A stretch of 64,000 bases of DNA, taken from positions 34,949 through 98,948 of the forward strand of contig JALSJP010000007.1 of NCBI GenBank assembly GCA_026989265.1, in the 5' to 3' direction. The number at the start of each line of letters is the position of its first letter. Within the stretch, counting starts at the first letter, position 1. Both the position numbers and the translations under genes were made by a program. This document shows, one piece after another, positions 50,599-61,641 of this stretch. This stretch comes from Micavibrio sp. Its GTDB lineage: Bacteria; Pseudomonadota; Alphaproteobacteria; Micavibrionales; Micavibrionaceae. The notes below the pieces were generated by a model that saw only the letters and a program-made list of their open reading frames with translations, did no database searches and had not been told where the DNA came from.

Positions 50599-52361
50599 TG
50601 TGGCTTATTTTTAATCCTGTATAGAAAATCAAAGCTAGCGTGATTAATGGTAACATCACCACCCTTAACTTTTCCGCCAAGGCTACTAAAAACCAAACGA
50701 TATACGATATCTTTATTTTCAGATTCTTCAACCATAACCCTTTCGCCGTTTACCGCACTAGTTTCTTTACTGAAAATATCAAGCAAATCCACTTCTATTT
50801 CATCATATTGGTCTATCGATATTAAAATGCTCGTATTAGAGTAACTCATCTTTACTTTTTGGGTGCTTTCTAAATTCCATTCACGCTCCCACACTTTGTT
50901 GTTATAAAAATCATAGCTGTAAAAAGCAGCATTTTTGATAATGACATCATATTTATCAATGAGCATGTAAGGTTTTAAGGTGCTTCTGAAATTAAACACG
51001 TCCCTCTTATTCAGGCTATACTTATTTGTATAAATAAAAGCTAGCTGGCTTGATGTAATATCTCGGGCATAGCAATTCCAGTCTTCCTTATTATCCGTAT
51101 TAAACCACTTGCTTATCATTTGTTCACGATCACTACTGCATAAGTAATCAAGGATAGAACTAATGCCTTTGCGGTCTGCAAATGGAATTTCCACTTCAGT
51201 TTTTATAATTTTACCATCCACTAGCAGATTATTTTTAATTAGTAACGCCTCAAGTCGTGAAAACTGACTTTGACCCGACACAGCAACCCCGCCCCAAGAA
51301 CCAAAAGAAGCAAGGATCATCAATATAGCAAGGCTTGCAGGAATTGTCTTAATAGGAGCTTTTTTAAAGCTAAAAACCAAAGATACAAACAAAAACCAAA
51401 CAGCCGATATTAAAATTAAATATCTTTGCTCTGTCACGCCATAAGCAGATATGCGCTCCCATATTGCGTAAAAATGAAAAGCTACTGGGATAATAAGAGC
51501 AGGGAAAAATATCTTATAAAATAATTTGAGCTGTAAAGATCCTTTGTATCGCAAAGGATGCGCAACTAAATAAGTTATAATACCTGCGCCAGCAAAGCCT
51601 GTAATCATATAGGCAAGATGCCCGTTTGGCATTTCTCCCATAACAATAATTTTAATGAAATAAGCATATAATATAAACAAATACACAAATACTATTGGCA
51701 CTGAAATCCAGTTTACTATGAATTTCAAACCCGCAAGGTCGCTGCAATCATCATCGCTAAACTGGAATGTTTTTGGAATCCATGACAAGGCATAAATAGG
51801 TCCAAGCACTAGCGCGGCAAACAACCAGATATAGAAATAATATATCTCGCTAATATCAACACTGAACAGCAGATAAATCGCGCTAAGCGCTATACTTAAG
51901 CCCCCCGCAAATAGTAATATAGCAATGTAAGAAATAACAACGCCAAGCCATGTCATACGGTTAAAAAACCACACATCTATATCATCACCGCCTTTTAAAT
52001 ATGGCGCAACCATTAAGGTAAGCAGCAAAGCAGGTAGCACAAATATTAAGTTAATCCACCAAAAACTAGACAGCAAAAATATAGCAGCGATAGCGCCTGA
52101 CACAACAAAGCTAACCACTATATACTTAACTTTGCCCCAATTTTGGCTTTCTGCCATAAGTTTTGATATTCCAAACCAAAAATAACAACATCCAAATATG
52201 GCCATTAGCCTAAATATTATTTCATCATGCTCATCTACAATTTCACGAATCAGTAAAATACCGATAACAAAAAGTGCGAGCGCACATAAAACCGACAACG
52301 GGAAGCGCAAGATGGTTTCTTTTAAGTTATTAAATGGAATAAGGCGTTTTAATATAGCCAC
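50595..52361 (-). CDS. Polytopic membrane protein with C-terminal soluble domain (possibly DUF4153-type; unverified)
   Basis: 588 aa with about 10 hydrophobic helices in the first 360 aa or so, then a soluble domain. ATGA overlap with pcm. Lies 4 nt downstream of serS. Confidence 0.6.
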   Translation of the reverse strand: MAILKRLIPFNNLKETILRFPLSVLCALALFVIGILLIREIVDEHDEIIFRLMAIFGCCYFWFGISKLMAESQNWGKVKYIVVSFVVSGAIAAIFLLSSFWWINLIFVLPALLLTLMVAPYLKGGDDIDVWFFNRMTWLGVVISYIAILLFAGGLSIALSAIYLLFSVDISEIYYFYIWLFAALVLGPIYALSWIPKTFQFSDDDCSDLAGLKFIVNWISVPIVFVYLFILYAYFIKIIVMGEMPNGHLAYMITGFAGAGIITYLVAHPLRYKGSLQLKLFYKIFFPALIIPVAFHFYAIWERISAYGVTEQRYLILISAVWFLFVSLVFSFKKAPIKTIPASLAILMILASFGSWGGVAVSGQSQFSRLEALLIKNNLLVDGKIIKTEVEIPFADRKGISSILDYLCSSDREQMISKWFNTDNKEDWNCYARDITSSQLAFIYTNKYSLNKRDVFNFRSTLKPYMLIDKYDVIIKNAAFYSYDFYNNKVWEREWNLESTQKVKMSYSNTSILISIDQYDEIEVDLLDIFSKETSAVNGERVMVEESENKDIVYRLVFSSLGGKVKGGDVTINHASFDFLYRIKNKPQ

Positions 52362-52365
52362 TTAC

Positions 52366-53640
52366 CTATCCTTTTGTAATTTTTTCAATGCCGCCCATAT
52401 AAGGTTTCAAAACCTCAGGGATAAATATTCCGCCATCTTCTGGGTCATAGTAATTTTCTATCACGGCGATTAACGCTCTGCCAACGGCAACGCCTGAGCC
52501 ATTAAGAGTATGGACAAATTGCGTGTCTTTTGCACCTTTAGTGCGAGTTCGTGCATTCATGCGGCGTGCCTGAAAATCCCCACAATTAGATATACTGGAA
52601 ATCTCGCGGTATGTCTCTTGCGCGGGAATCCACACTTCAATATCGTATGTTTTAGTCGCGCCAAAGCCAGTATCACCGCTGCATAATGTTACAGTGCGAA
52701 AAGGTAGATCCAGCTTTTTAAGTACATTCTCTGCGCAAGAAAGCATACGCTCATGCTCTTCGTGGGATTTATCTGGCTCAACAATGCTAACCATCTCAAC
52801 CTTATAAAACTGATGTTGACGCAGCATTCCTCTAGTATCCCGCCCAGCGCTGCCCGCTTCTGATCTAAAACACGGAGTATGAGCGCAATAGCGATGCGGC
52901 AGGCTTTCTTGCTCCATGATGCTATCTGCTACAATATTAGTAAGCGGCACTTCCGCCGTTGGGATCAGGAAATGATCGGTCTCTTTAGTGCTAAATAAAT
53001 CCTCGGCAAACTTAGGCAATTGCCCCGTGCCATAAAGCGCATTATCGCGCACTAATAATGGCGGGGATATTTCAGTATAGCCATGCTCTGCCGTATGAGT
53101 ATCAAGAAAAAACTGAGCCAATGCCCGCTCCATACGTGCCATAGAGCCTTTAAGCATAGTAAAGCGCGCACCTGACATTTTAGCTGCCACTTCAAAATCT
53201 ATCAGACCAAGAGCTTCGCCAATTTCTACATGATCCGCGCCACTCTTACGCTTAATCTCTCCCCATTTATGGATTTCGACATTATCATCTTCGCTTGCCC
53301 CGTTTGGAACTTCACTAGACATTATATTAGGCAGTGATGAAAGCAGATCATTAAGTTGTAAGCTCAAGCCGCGCGCCTTTTCCTCTAACGCACCCATTTC
53401 ATCTTTAATCGCGGCAACTGCATTCATTTGAGCCGTAGCATCCCCGCCATCACGTTTAATCATTCCAATTTGCTTGGATGCATCATTGCGCTTGGCTTGC
53501 AATTCCTGCAGGGATGTTTGACATTCTCGCCGAGAAGAATCCAGCTTTAATATTGCATTTGTCTGATTACCAAGTCCCCTACGCGCCCAACCAGCATCAA
53601 AAAAATCAGGGTTATTTCTAATCTCTTTTATATCAAACAT
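52366..53640 (-). CDS. serS: Seryl-tRNA synthetase
   Basis: N-terminal coiled-coil arm and class II motifs ([38 protein letters not shown]). Confidence 0.95.
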   Translation of the reverse strand: MFDIKEIRNNPDFFDAGWARRGLGNQTNAILKLDSSRRECQTSLQELQAKRNDASKQIGMIKRDGGDATAQMNAVAAIKDEMGALEEKARGLSLQLNDLLSSLPNIMSSEVPNGASEDDNVEIHKWGEIKRKSGADHVEIGEALGLIDFEVAAKMSGARFTMLKGSMARMERALAQFFLDTHTAEHGYTEISPPLLVRDNALYGTGQLPKFAEDLFSTKETDHFLIPTAEVPLTNIVADSIMEQESLPHRYCAHTPCFRSEAGSAGRDTRGMLRQHQFYKVEMVSIVEPDKSHEEHERMLSCAENVLKKLDLPFRTVTLCSGDTGFGATKTYDIEVWIPAQETYREISSISNCGDFQARRMNARTRTKGAKDTQFVHTLNGSGVAVGRALIAVIENYYDPEDGGIFIPEVLKPYMGGIEKITKG

Positions 53641-53728
53641 AATATAACCTTGCTTACTTATAACTATATAATGAGGTTATAAGTAAACCCTGAGATATAA
53701 AAACACAATAGAATAAAGATATATAAGA

Positions 53729-54142
53729 CTACCATTCATTAGGATCTTCATATAAATAATCCACAGAGTCAACATCATTAACGCTAAATGCTTTGCTTCC
53801 AAATGGGTCATCAGGCGATAACATCCCATTATCAAAATAATATGGTTCAAGAATTGCTTGCGCCCAGTCCATTTGCAAAAGCCCCCAATCACCTGTTAAT
53901 CCAGATAAATCATGCAGCCAACCAAAATTATCAGTTAAAAGAGCTTTAAATGCTTGAGAAGTAGCGTTACTAGTGTCATGAATCGAATCAAAGAAAAAAG
54001 GATCAAAGATAAAGTTATCAACATAACCAAACACAGCAAAGCTAGCCAATCCCACGACCGCCCATTTAATTCCAGAAGCTATATTAAAGCCGCTAGATAA
54101 ACTTCCTTGCTGTCCCATTGTTGCCGCGTCAGACATTTTCAT
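53729..54142 (-). CDS. Hypothetical small membrane protein (orphan)
   Basis: 137-aa ORF with one TM helix (IKWAVVGLASFAVFGYV) and an aromatic/acidic C-terminal part. Divergent from the 54246 operon. Confidence 0.5.
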   Translation of the reverse strand: MKMSDAATMGQQGSLSSGFNIASGIKWAVVGLASFAVFGYVDNFIFDPFFFDSIHDTSNATSQAFKALLTDNFGWLHDLSGLTGDWGLLQMDWAQAILEPYYFDNGMLSPDDPFGSKAFSVNDVDSVDYLYEDPNEW

Positions 54143-54172
54143 AACCTACGAAATAATTCTTGCAATTGTGAT

Positions 54173-54187
54173 TAATAATCATTATCA
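54173..54187. promoter_or_regulatory. Fur-box-like operator in the divergent promoter region
   Basis: TAATAATCATTATCA matches the 7-1-7 Fur consensus TGATAAT-N-ATTATCA at 13 of 14 positions. The 19-mer at 54168-54186 matches GATAATGATAATCATTATC at 14 of 19, and the right-hand 12 are perfect. Confidence 0.4.
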
Positions 54188-54245
54188 ACTAAAGTAATTA
54201 ATGTCAATGAGAATTATTCTCAATTAGCAGGTAATAGGCGGCAGC

Positions 54246-54800
54246 ATGAAAACACTATCAGAATTTTTTAAAATCGCAGCATTAACAAGCATGGTAACTA
54301 TGGGAAGCGCGCAAGCAGAGCCATATATTAATGCAACGAATCCAGATGGTAAGCGCGTAAAAGTTGATTGTGGCGAACTAATAATTACCCCTAAGAACAA
54401 AAAAGGCAAAACTGGACTTCGAATGAGCTGTGATTTTGCCGAGCAACTAAACCCTGATGGTAGAAATTTATGTAGCGACACGGATAATACTCCCAAGCTT
54501 TTATCAAAAGAATTAATGGCAAAAGAAAAAAGAAATATAGCACAAGCCACAAATAGAATAATTTCTCATTTTGGCGCCTCACATGGGGATTGCGTATCAG
54601 TTGCTGCTGTTTTTTATACTAAACTGAAAAGAGGGACATATTTAGACCGCGGCATGGAAACATCGGAAGCGCAAACAAAAGCAGAGGAAAATGTTGATAG
54701 CTTTTTCGGAAATAAATACGGGGATGATTGGAAGAGTAAAAAATCATGTACCTTAAAAAATGCAGTAAAAGCGTGTAGAGTAGAGATGGGTTTAGATTAA
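54246..54800 (+). CDS. Secreted Cys-containing hypothetical protein (orphan)
   Basis: Signal peptide MKTLSEFFKIAALTSMVTMGSAQA and six Cys in the mature part. Its stop lies 3 nt before the next ORF. Confidence 0.6.
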   Translation: MKTLSEFFKIAALTSMVTMGSAQAEPYINATNPDGKRVKVDCGELIITPKNKKGKTGLRMSCDFAEQLNPDGRNLCSDTDNTPKLLSKELMAKEKRNIAQATNRIISHFGASHGDCVSVAAVFYTKLKRGTYLDRGMETSEAQTKAEENVDSFFGNKYGDDWKSKKSCTLKNAVKACRVEMGLD

Positions 54801-54803
54801 CCA

Positions 54804-56435
54804 ATGTTAAACCATGCTTTTGCAACTCAACATACAACTGATTTAATATCAGGCATATTATCATCTGATAAGCTTAGTGATATATGGTCAAAGCATTATA
54901 AAAGCAAAGCGGATGATAACCCCGCCATTGATATAGCCAAACTAATAAAAGAAGCGCAAAATATAGAGGAAAACCCTGAAATACTCTTATTCATGCGCGA
55001 GATGATAGAAATAGAGCTACTAGCAGCCAGCAAATCAAGTGAGTTTAGAGATTATCTTGAACAGCTATACTCTCACACAAACAAACTGTGCCATGATAAC
55101 AACATATCATTAGAAAATACTGAACTGCCAGATGATTACCAATCACTCTTAGATGCGCTTGAATATCAAACTGGAAACACCCCTATTCGCCCTATTAAAT
55201 CACTTTGGAAAATCACAAAAGCAAGTGCAAAGCATATAGGTGATGATGCAAAAGAACACCCGTATTTATTTACAAGCCTTGCATCCGTTGCTGTTGGCAT
55301 GGTCTATCTTTCTAGCCTCAACGCAGATAAATTTGCAACCGTTTATATGGAAGAAAATGCCGCCCATATATCTAATGTAGATAATATTTGGGATGATGAT
55401 TTTACTGTTGAAGATATTGAGTTTGACCCTTTACTTGCAGAAGGAATAACCCTTGATCCAAGTTGTCACGACACAGCAATTGAAATGGGCAGACTAATTG
55501 CTGGGGATTATGGCGCGGCGGCCGTTCAGCATATACCATCATTCATAACTGATACGCTCCCCGAGCATTGCACAAGAGCCAAAAGCTTAGCAGGTGATGC
55601 AATTGGCGGCTTGCAAAGCGGGTTTGGATGGGTTCATGAACGCCTTGACGTTGTAATAAGAGACCCTGCAAATAATATTGGTAATACAATAATGCAAGAT
55701 ACCCCATTTCAGCTTGCCTTTATCGAAGCGGCAAACAACACTGCCGATATAGTCTACCGATTTAACGACATAGAAAATATTGCAGTCCACACATTATTAA
55801 CGGCTGTTACTGCCTCCGCCGTTGTTAAAATGGGTTCTCTTGGCACAGAGGAAGGGCAAGAATGGAAAGATTCTGTATCCGATTTCTTTCACAGAACAAC
55901 TCGCAATATCCCATTAAGTTATGGCTTATTATGTGTGGGAAGCGTCCTTCCATATATGGCAAATGATGGTTTTACCCCGAGCATGATATATATGGGGCTT
56001 GGCGGTATTATAGTTGGGAATACTATCCATAAAATTGACAGAATGACCCAAAGCAATAAATTATTGAAAAATACGCTTTTAAGTGTAAATAAAACAGCGG
56101 CAGAAATAAGCGATGCTACAAAAATACTTGCTGGCAATATTGCCAATAACGAATATTCATACCAGCATAAAGGCTGGAAAGACTATATAAAAAAACCTGC
56201 CATAGTGGCGGGAGCTACGGCCAGTCTAGTGAGCTTGGATATAGCAATAACTGGCGGTGAAATATCAGGCACTATTGCAGGCTCTGCAACCGTTACAGCT
56301 CAATATCTTATGTATAACGTAGTGGAAGATACTTCATTGCATGGTATATTCATTGCATTTGGCGGGGTTATAGGCGGGGTAATATTAGGAACAGCCATGG
56401 CGGGCAAGAAGCTAAAAAATATTCTCTCGCTATAG
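54804..56435 (+). CDS. Hypothetical membrane protein (orphan, 543 aa)
   Basis: N-terminal soluble region of about 150 aa, then several hydrophobic, Gly-rich helices (e.g. [23 protein letters not shown]). No family motif recognised. Confidence 0.6.
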   Translation: MLNHAFATQHTTDLISGILSSDKLSDIWSKHYKSKADDNPAIDIAKLIKEAQNIEENPEILLFMREMIEIELLAASKSSEFRDYLEQLYSHTNKLCHDNNISLENTELPDDYQSLLDALEYQTGNTPIRPIKSLWKITKASAKHIGDDAKEHPYLFTSLASVAVGMVYLSSLNADKFATVYMEENAAHISNVDNIWDDDFTVEDIEFDPLLAEGITLDPSCHDTAIEMGRLIAGDYGAAAVQHIPSFITDTLPEHCTRAKSLAGDAIGGLQSGFGWVHERLDVVIRDPANNIGNTIMQDTPFQLAFIEAANNTADIVYRFNDIENIAVHTLLTAVTASAVVKMGSLGTEEGQEWKDSVSDFFHRTTRNIPLSYGLLCVGSVLPYMANDGFTPSMIYMGLGGIIVGNTIHKIDRMTQSNKLLKNTLLSVNKTAAEISDATKILAGNIANNEYSYQHKGWKDYIKKPAIVAGATASLVSLDIAITGGEISGTIAGSATVTAQYLMYNVVEDTSLHGIFIAFGGVIGGVILGTAMAGKKLKNILSL

Positions 56436-57059
56436 GAATGACGTTTTCCATGTTTTTTGCAGCGCAATATCCAAATCATTCATAGATATTTCTCTGCCCA
56501 CCTCATGAATAGATGTAACGCCATGATCTGATATTCCGCATGGAATAATACCATCAAAATGCGAAAGATCAGGGTTAAGGTTGATAGCAATGCCGTGATA
56601 AGCAACCCATTTGCGAATGCGAACGCCTATTGCTGCAATTTTATTTTCCGAGCCATCACCATCAGCCACCCATATACCAACGCGCCCGCTCCTGCGCTCT
56701 CCCTTAATATCAAATTCCGCCAAAGTTTGTATAATCCACTCTTCTAATGAGAAGACATAGCCCCGCACATCAGGTTTATTATTTTGCCGCTTTTTTAGAT
56801 CAAGCATAGCGTAGGCGACGCGCTGCCCCGCCCCATGGTAAGTATATTCCCCACCCCTGCCCGTCTTATGGACGGGAAAGCGCGCATCTATAATATCGCT
56901 GTCTTTTGCGCTTGTCCCCGCAGTATATAATGACGGATGCTCAAGCAGCCAAATAAGCTCATCCTTAGTGCCGCTACGAATATCCGCAATGCGCTGCTCC
57001 ATCACATTAACTGCGGTTTCATATGCTACAGGCTCTTTTTCAATAATCCATTCAACCAT
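56430..57059 (-). CDS. lipB: Octanoyl/lipoyl transferase LipB
   Basis: [16 protein letters not shown] and [17 protein letters not shown] blocks. Confidence 0.92.
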   Translation of the reverse strand: MVEWIIEKEPVAYETAVNVMEQRIADIRSGTKDELIWLLEHPSLYTAGTSAKDSDIIDARFPVHKTGRGGEYTYHGAGQRVAYAMLDLKKRQNNKPDVRGYVFSLEEWIIQTLAEFDIKGERRSGRVGIWVADGDGSENKIAAIGVRIRKWVAYHGIAINLNPDLSHFDGIIPCGISDHGVTSIHEVGREISMNDLDIALQKTWKTSFL

Positions 57060-57157
57060 ATCATTTTATATATAGTATTTTTGATGCGGTGCAATGCTTT
57101 ATCTAACTTGATATATACGCAAATATTTGTTATCCCTTTTGCAGCGTAAATTAGAGT

Positions 57158-57244
<87 letters not shown>

Positions 57245-57257
57245 TTACTATTTAAAA

Positions 57258-57280
57258 GCGCGGAATTATCCGCGTTTTTA
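57258..57280 (+). terminator. Rho-independent terminator after tRNA-Leu
   Basis: Stem GCGCGGA / TCCGCGT with a 4-nt loop, then TTTTT. Confidence 0.7.
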
Positions 57281-57300
57281 AAACATAAAGGATTAAAACT

Positions 57301-59637
57301 ATGAATGACAAGAAGAAGCAAGAAGAAGCAGCCTTCAGAGAATGTGCATTAAGATATCATAAAGAGCCTACTCCAGGTAAAATCGCTATTCGCGCAACAA
57401 AAGGTATGGCAACCGCGCGTGATCTTGCACTTGCTTATTCACCTGGTGTTGCTGCTCCTTGTGAGGAAATAGCAAAAGACCCCGCAACGTCTTATGATTA
57501 CACATCACGCGGAAATATCGTAGCAGTTATATCAAATGGAACGGCAGTTCTTGGGCTTGGTAATCTTGGCGCATTAGCCTCAAAACCTGTCATGGAAGGG
57601 AAATCCGTCCTATTCAAGAAATTCGCAAATATAGATTCTGTTGATATCGAAGTTGATGAAACTGACGTTGATAAATTAGTTGATATTATTGCCTCACTAG
57701 AGCCAACATTTGGCGGAATTAACCTTGAGGACTTCAAAGCCCCTGAATGTTTTGAACTTGAACGTAGATTAAAAGAGCGCATGGATATTCCAGTATTCCA
57801 TGATGACCAACACGGAACAGCCATTATTGTAACGGCGGCTTTCACCAACTGGATACATCATTCAGGACGTAATATCGAAGATATCCGCCTTGTTGCATCT
57901 GGCGCAGGAGCATCTGCTATTGCTTGCCTAACATTGCTTGTCCACGCAGGATTAAAGCGCGAGAATATAATAGTATGTGACCGTAACGGCGTTGTCTACG
58001 AAGGCAGATCCGAGGGCATGGATCCTCAAAAAGAACAATTTGCATCAAAAACCAATGCCAGAACATTAGATGATGCAATTAAAGGCGCGGACGTGTTTCT
58101 TGGTCTTTCAGGGCCAGGCGTTATGGATAAAGAAAAAGTCAAATCCATGGCAGACTCCCCGCTGATTATGGCGCTGGCTAACCCTACTCCTGAAATTATG
58201 CCAGAAGATGTATATGAGGTAAAACCTGACGCTATCGTTTGTACTGGTCGATCAGATTACACTAACCAAGTTAATAATGTCCTTTGTTTTCCATTCATAT
58301 TCCGAGGCGCTTTAGATGTTGGAGCGTCAACAATCAACGAAGAGATGAAGCTAGCCTGCGTTAAGGCTATTGCTGAGCTTGCACGCAAGGAAGCCGCCGC
58401 CGAGGTCGCGGATGTTTATGGCGGTGAAGACCTTACATTTGGTCGTGATTACCTTATTCCAAAGCCGTTTGATCCGCGCTTGATCGTTGATCTGCCAATC
58501 GCAGTTGCACGGGCAGCAATGGAAAGTGGCGTTGCAACGCGCCCTATCGAAGATTTCGAAGCTTATGAACATAAATTACAGCAATATTTCTACCGCTCAC
58601 AGCTTGTAATGCGCCCTGTTTATTTGCGCGCAAAAGAAGATCCTAAGCGCGTTGTTTATTGTGAAGGCGAAGAAGAGCGCGTTTTGCAAGCTATTCAAGT
58701 TATACTTGATGAAGGAATTGCAAAACCTACACTTATTGGACGTGAATCCGTTGTTCGTGAGCGCATTAAGCGTTTGGGACTGCGCATGCAGCCAAACAAA
58801 GACTTTGAGCTAACCGATCCGCAAAGTGACCCGCGCTTCCGCGATTATTGGGAAACATACCACTCTATTATGGAGCGACGCGGCATATCACCAGAAGATG
58901 CAAAAACAACCGTGCGAACCAGCACATCTGTTATTGGCGCGCTTATGGTTTACAAGGATGAAGCGGACGCGGTTATTTGCGGAACTCAAGGTAAGTTTCA
59001 TGAGCATTTAAGCTATATAAAAGATATTATAGGCTTGAAACAAGGCGTTGAAACCCCCGCAGCACTTAGCCCATTATTGCTATCCCGCGGGACATATTTC
59101 TTTTGTGATACGCAGATAAATAACAATCCTACAGTTGCGCAAATATCTGAAATGACATTACTTGCAGCCGAGGAAGTGCGACGCTTTGGCATAAGACCAA
59201 AGGTGGCGCTGCTATCTCATTCTAATTTTGGGACAATGAATTGCTCATCATCACAAAAAATGCGCGCAGCATTTGAGGATATAAGGCGCAGAGACCCTGA
59301 ACTTGAAATTGATGGGGAAATGCAAGCAGACACTGCGCTTTGCGAAATAATAAGGCAGCGAGTTATGCCTAACTCTAAATTATCAGGGCAGGCTAACTTG
59401 TTTATAATGCCTAATGTTGACGCTGCTAATATTGCGTTTAACATGGTTAAGACATTTTCCGAAGGCATAAGCATTGGGCCTATATTGCTTGGTGCTGCTA
59501 GACCTGCTCATATATTAACGCCAGCAGTATCAACGCGCGGAATTGTGAATATTACGGCTCTTGCCACGGTGGGATCGCAAGTATTTGATAGTTCGACGAC
59601 TGATAATGTAACTCATCGCCTAGTTAAAACTGCATAA
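57301..59637 (+). CDS. maeB: NADP-dependent malic enzyme (malic enzyme plus PTA-like domain)
   Basis: 778 aa. N-terminal malic-enzyme blocks ([32 protein letters not shown]) and a C-terminal phosphate-acetyltransferase-like half. Confidence 0.92.
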   Translation: MNDKKKQEEAAFRECALRYHKEPTPGKIAIRATKGMATARDLALAYSPGVAAPCEEIAKDPATSYDYTSRGNIVAVISNGTAVLGLGNLGALASKPVMEGKSVLFKKFANIDSVDIEVDETDVDKLVDIIASLEPTFGGINLEDFKAPECFELERRLKERMDIPVFHDDQHGTAIIVTAAFTNWIHHSGRNIEDIRLVASGAGASAIACLTLLVHAGLKRENIIVCDRNGVVYEGRSEGMDPQKEQFASKTNARTLDDAIKGADVFLGLSGPGVMDKEKVKSMADSPLIMALANPTPEIMPEDVYEVKPDAIVCTGRSDYTNQVNNVLCFPFIFRGALDVGASTINEEMKLACVKAIAELARKEAAAEVADVYGGEDLTFGRDYLIPKPFDPRLIVDLPIAVARAAMESGVATRPIEDFEAYEHKLQQYFYRSQLVMRPVYLRAKEDPKRVVYCEGEEERVLQAIQVILDEGIAKPTLIGRESVVRERIKRLGLRMQPNKDFELTDPQSDPRFRDYWETYHSIMERRGISPEDAKTTVRTSTSVIGALMVYKDEADAVICGTQGKFHEHLSYIKDIIGLKQGVETPAALSPLLLSRGTYFFCDTQINNNPTVAQISEMTLLAAEEVRRFGIRPKVALLSHSNFGTMNCSSSQKMRAAFEDIRRRDPELEIDGEMQADTALCEIIRQRVMPNSKLSGQANLFIMPNVDAANIAFNMVKTFSEGISIGPILLGAARPAHILTPAVSTRGIVNITALATVGSQVFDSSTTDNVTHRLVKTA

Positions 59638-59660
59638 ATAAAACAAGTTCGGAGGGTTAT

Positions 59661-61064
59661 ATGGAATATAATAATCCTAATAACATTTCTGACAGTAAAG
59701 AGATATTACCAGATGATGTCACTCCACATCTTCCCGATAAAGATATCAGGGCGATAGTTGACGCTGTCAAATCTCAGGACTCCGATACTGTCTACGCCGT
59801 TCTTAATGAGCTAAGCACTTCTGATGCTGCCGAGCTGCTCTCTAAAATCAGTGATGATGATCGCCGCGAATTGCTCTTTATGTATGGCGAGGCTCTTAAT
59901 CCTGAAATATTCACAGAAATGGATCAGGAGCTAAGCCGTAGCTTTTTGTCCGCTATGCCTGCTCATGATGTTGCGCATATAATTTCCGAGCTAGAAAGCG
60001 ATGATGCACTGCTTTTAGTTGAGGCTCTATCAGCAGACTTTCAAAGTGATGTAATAAACAAGCTCCCCGCCACCACAAGAATGGCGCTTGAGGAGGGTTT
60101 AAACTTTCCCGAAGATAGTGCAGGCAGGCTTATGCGCCGTGAGATGGTCGCAGTGCCAGATTTTTGGACAGTTGGAAAAACTATAGATTACTTACGGCTA
60201 AATGCTAATAATCTTCCTGATGATTTCTTTGATATATTTACAGTTGACCCATCTCACCAGCTAATTGGTGAAGTGCCGTTAAGCCGCCTTATCCGCACAA
60301 ATAGATCGGTAAAAATTCAAGATTTAAGCCTTGAAGAAATCCATTCAGTTCCCGCAACAATGGATCAAGAAACCGTAGCCCATATGTTTAGGCGCGATGA
60401 TATTGTCTCCGCCCCTGTGATAGATGAAAGCGGCAGGCTTATCGGAACAATTACAATTGATGATATTATTGATGTTATTGATGAAGAAGCGCAAGAAGAC
60501 ATATTGCGCATGGCTGGTGTGGATCAGGGCGATTTATATCGCGCTGTTATATCCACAACGGGGCTTCGATTTAGGTGGCTGTTTGTTAATCTGATTACTG
60601 CAATTTTGGCATCTATTGTAATATCATTTTTTGGCGGGGCTATTGAGCAAATAGTCGCTCTTGCCGTACTTATGCCTATCGTTGCATCTATGGGCGGGAA
60701 TGCAGGGACACAAGCACTAACCGTTGCTGTTCGCGCTATTGCAACGCATGAGCTATCCGAAACTAATACTTGGCGGGTAATTTGGAAAGAAACTCTTGTA
60801 GGGCTTCTTAATGGTATATTATTTGCTGTTATAATAGGGTTTATAGCAGCAATATGGTTTCAAATGCCAATTCTTGGGCTTGTTATTGCTATGGCTATGA
60901 TTATCAATCTTATTGTTGCGGGGTTATGCGGCGCAGGAATACCGCTATTTCTCCATAGAAGGGGTAGCGATCCCGCCGTTTCCTCAACTGTTTTGCTAAC
61001 GACTGTTACAGATGTTGTCGGCTTCCTATCCTTTTTAGGGCTTGCATCACTGCTTATGACTTGA
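59661..61064 (+). CDS. mgtE: Magnesium transporter MgtE
   Basis: N-domain, tandem CBS pair, and TM domain with PIVASMGGNAGTQ and the C-terminal TDVVGF motif. Confidence 0.92.
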   Translation: MEYNNPNNISDSKEILPDDVTPHLPDKDIRAIVDAVKSQDSDTVYAVLNELSTSDAAELLSKISDDDRRELLFMYGEALNPEIFTEMDQELSRSFLSAMPAHDVAHIISELESDDALLLVEALSADFQSDVINKLPATTRMALEEGLNFPEDSAGRLMRREMVAVPDFWTVGKTIDYLRLNANNLPDDFFDIFTVDPSHQLIGEVPLSRLIRTNRSVKIQDLSLEEIHSVPATMDQETVAHMFRRDDIVSAPVIDESGRLIGTITIDDIIDVIDEEAQEDILRMAGVDQGDLYRAVISTTGLRFRWLFVNLITAILASIVISFFGGAIEQIVALAVLMPIVASMGGNAGTQALTVAVRAIATHELSETNTWRVIWKETLVGLLNGILFAVIIGFIAAIWFQMPILGLVIAMAMIINLIVAGLCGAGIPLFLHRRGSDPAVSSTVLLTTVTDVVGFLSFLGLASLLMT

Positions 61065-61102
61065 TAAAAATATAAACTCCCCGAAACAACAAAAATAAGA
61101 AC

Positions 61103-61636
61103 ATGTCAGCTGCAAGATTAGAAAGACCATCAATAAATCATAAAGAGAGCTATATAAAGGCTCTCAAGGAATTCCATAAAGAAGGACGTTATATGTTCCT
61201 TGATATAGATGATGTTGAAAGAAATTTTGAAGATTTCATTAAAAAGCTTAATGAGGGAAAGAAAAACCTGCATAAGCCCTATGCCGATTGGGTGGAAACC
61301 GTTCCCGAAACTGTTTTATGGCTTGTAAAAGATAATGAATTTATTGGAACTCTAAATATTCGCCACCGCCTAAACTGGCATTTAGAAAAATGGGGTGGTC
61401 ACCTTAATTTCATTATAAAGCCATCAATGCGCGGAAAAGGCTTTGGTAAAAAACTACTTCAAAAAGCCATTCCTTATATATCTCATCTTGGCATTGACAA
61501 AGCCCTTATAACGATTGATCCGACAGATATATCGGCGAATGAGATTATAAAATTTTGTGGCGCAGTTTATGAAGACACACTTCCCGCAACTGATAAATTC
61601 CCTGCACGCAATCGCTACTGGCTGGATTGCACTTAA
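61103..61636 (+). CDS. GNAT-family N-acetyltransferase
   Basis: IRHRLNWHLEKWGGHLNFIIKPSMRGKGFGKKLL, the acetyl-CoA-binding Q/RxxGxG/A-type motif. Confidence 0.75.
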   Translation: MSAARLERPSINHKESYIKALKEFHKEGRYMFLDIDDVERNFEDFIKKLNEGKKNLHKPYADWVETVPETVLWLVKDNEFIGTLNIRHRLNWHLEKWGGHLNFIIKPSMRGKGFGKKLLQKAIPYISHLGIDKALITIDPTDISANEIIKFCGAVYEDTLPATDKFPARNRYWLDCT

Positions 61637-61641
61637 AATTC

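Noticed and set aside
53729-54142. Short shared motif between two orphan proteins: YYFDNGMLSPDDPFG here and IYFDNFKPASPDANYDP in the 7904-8548 protein. There are also VDNF/FDP-like snippets in the 543-aa protein.
   Set aside because: Only about 7 identities over about 15 residues with a gap, which is too short to claim paralogy without a proper alignment statistic.
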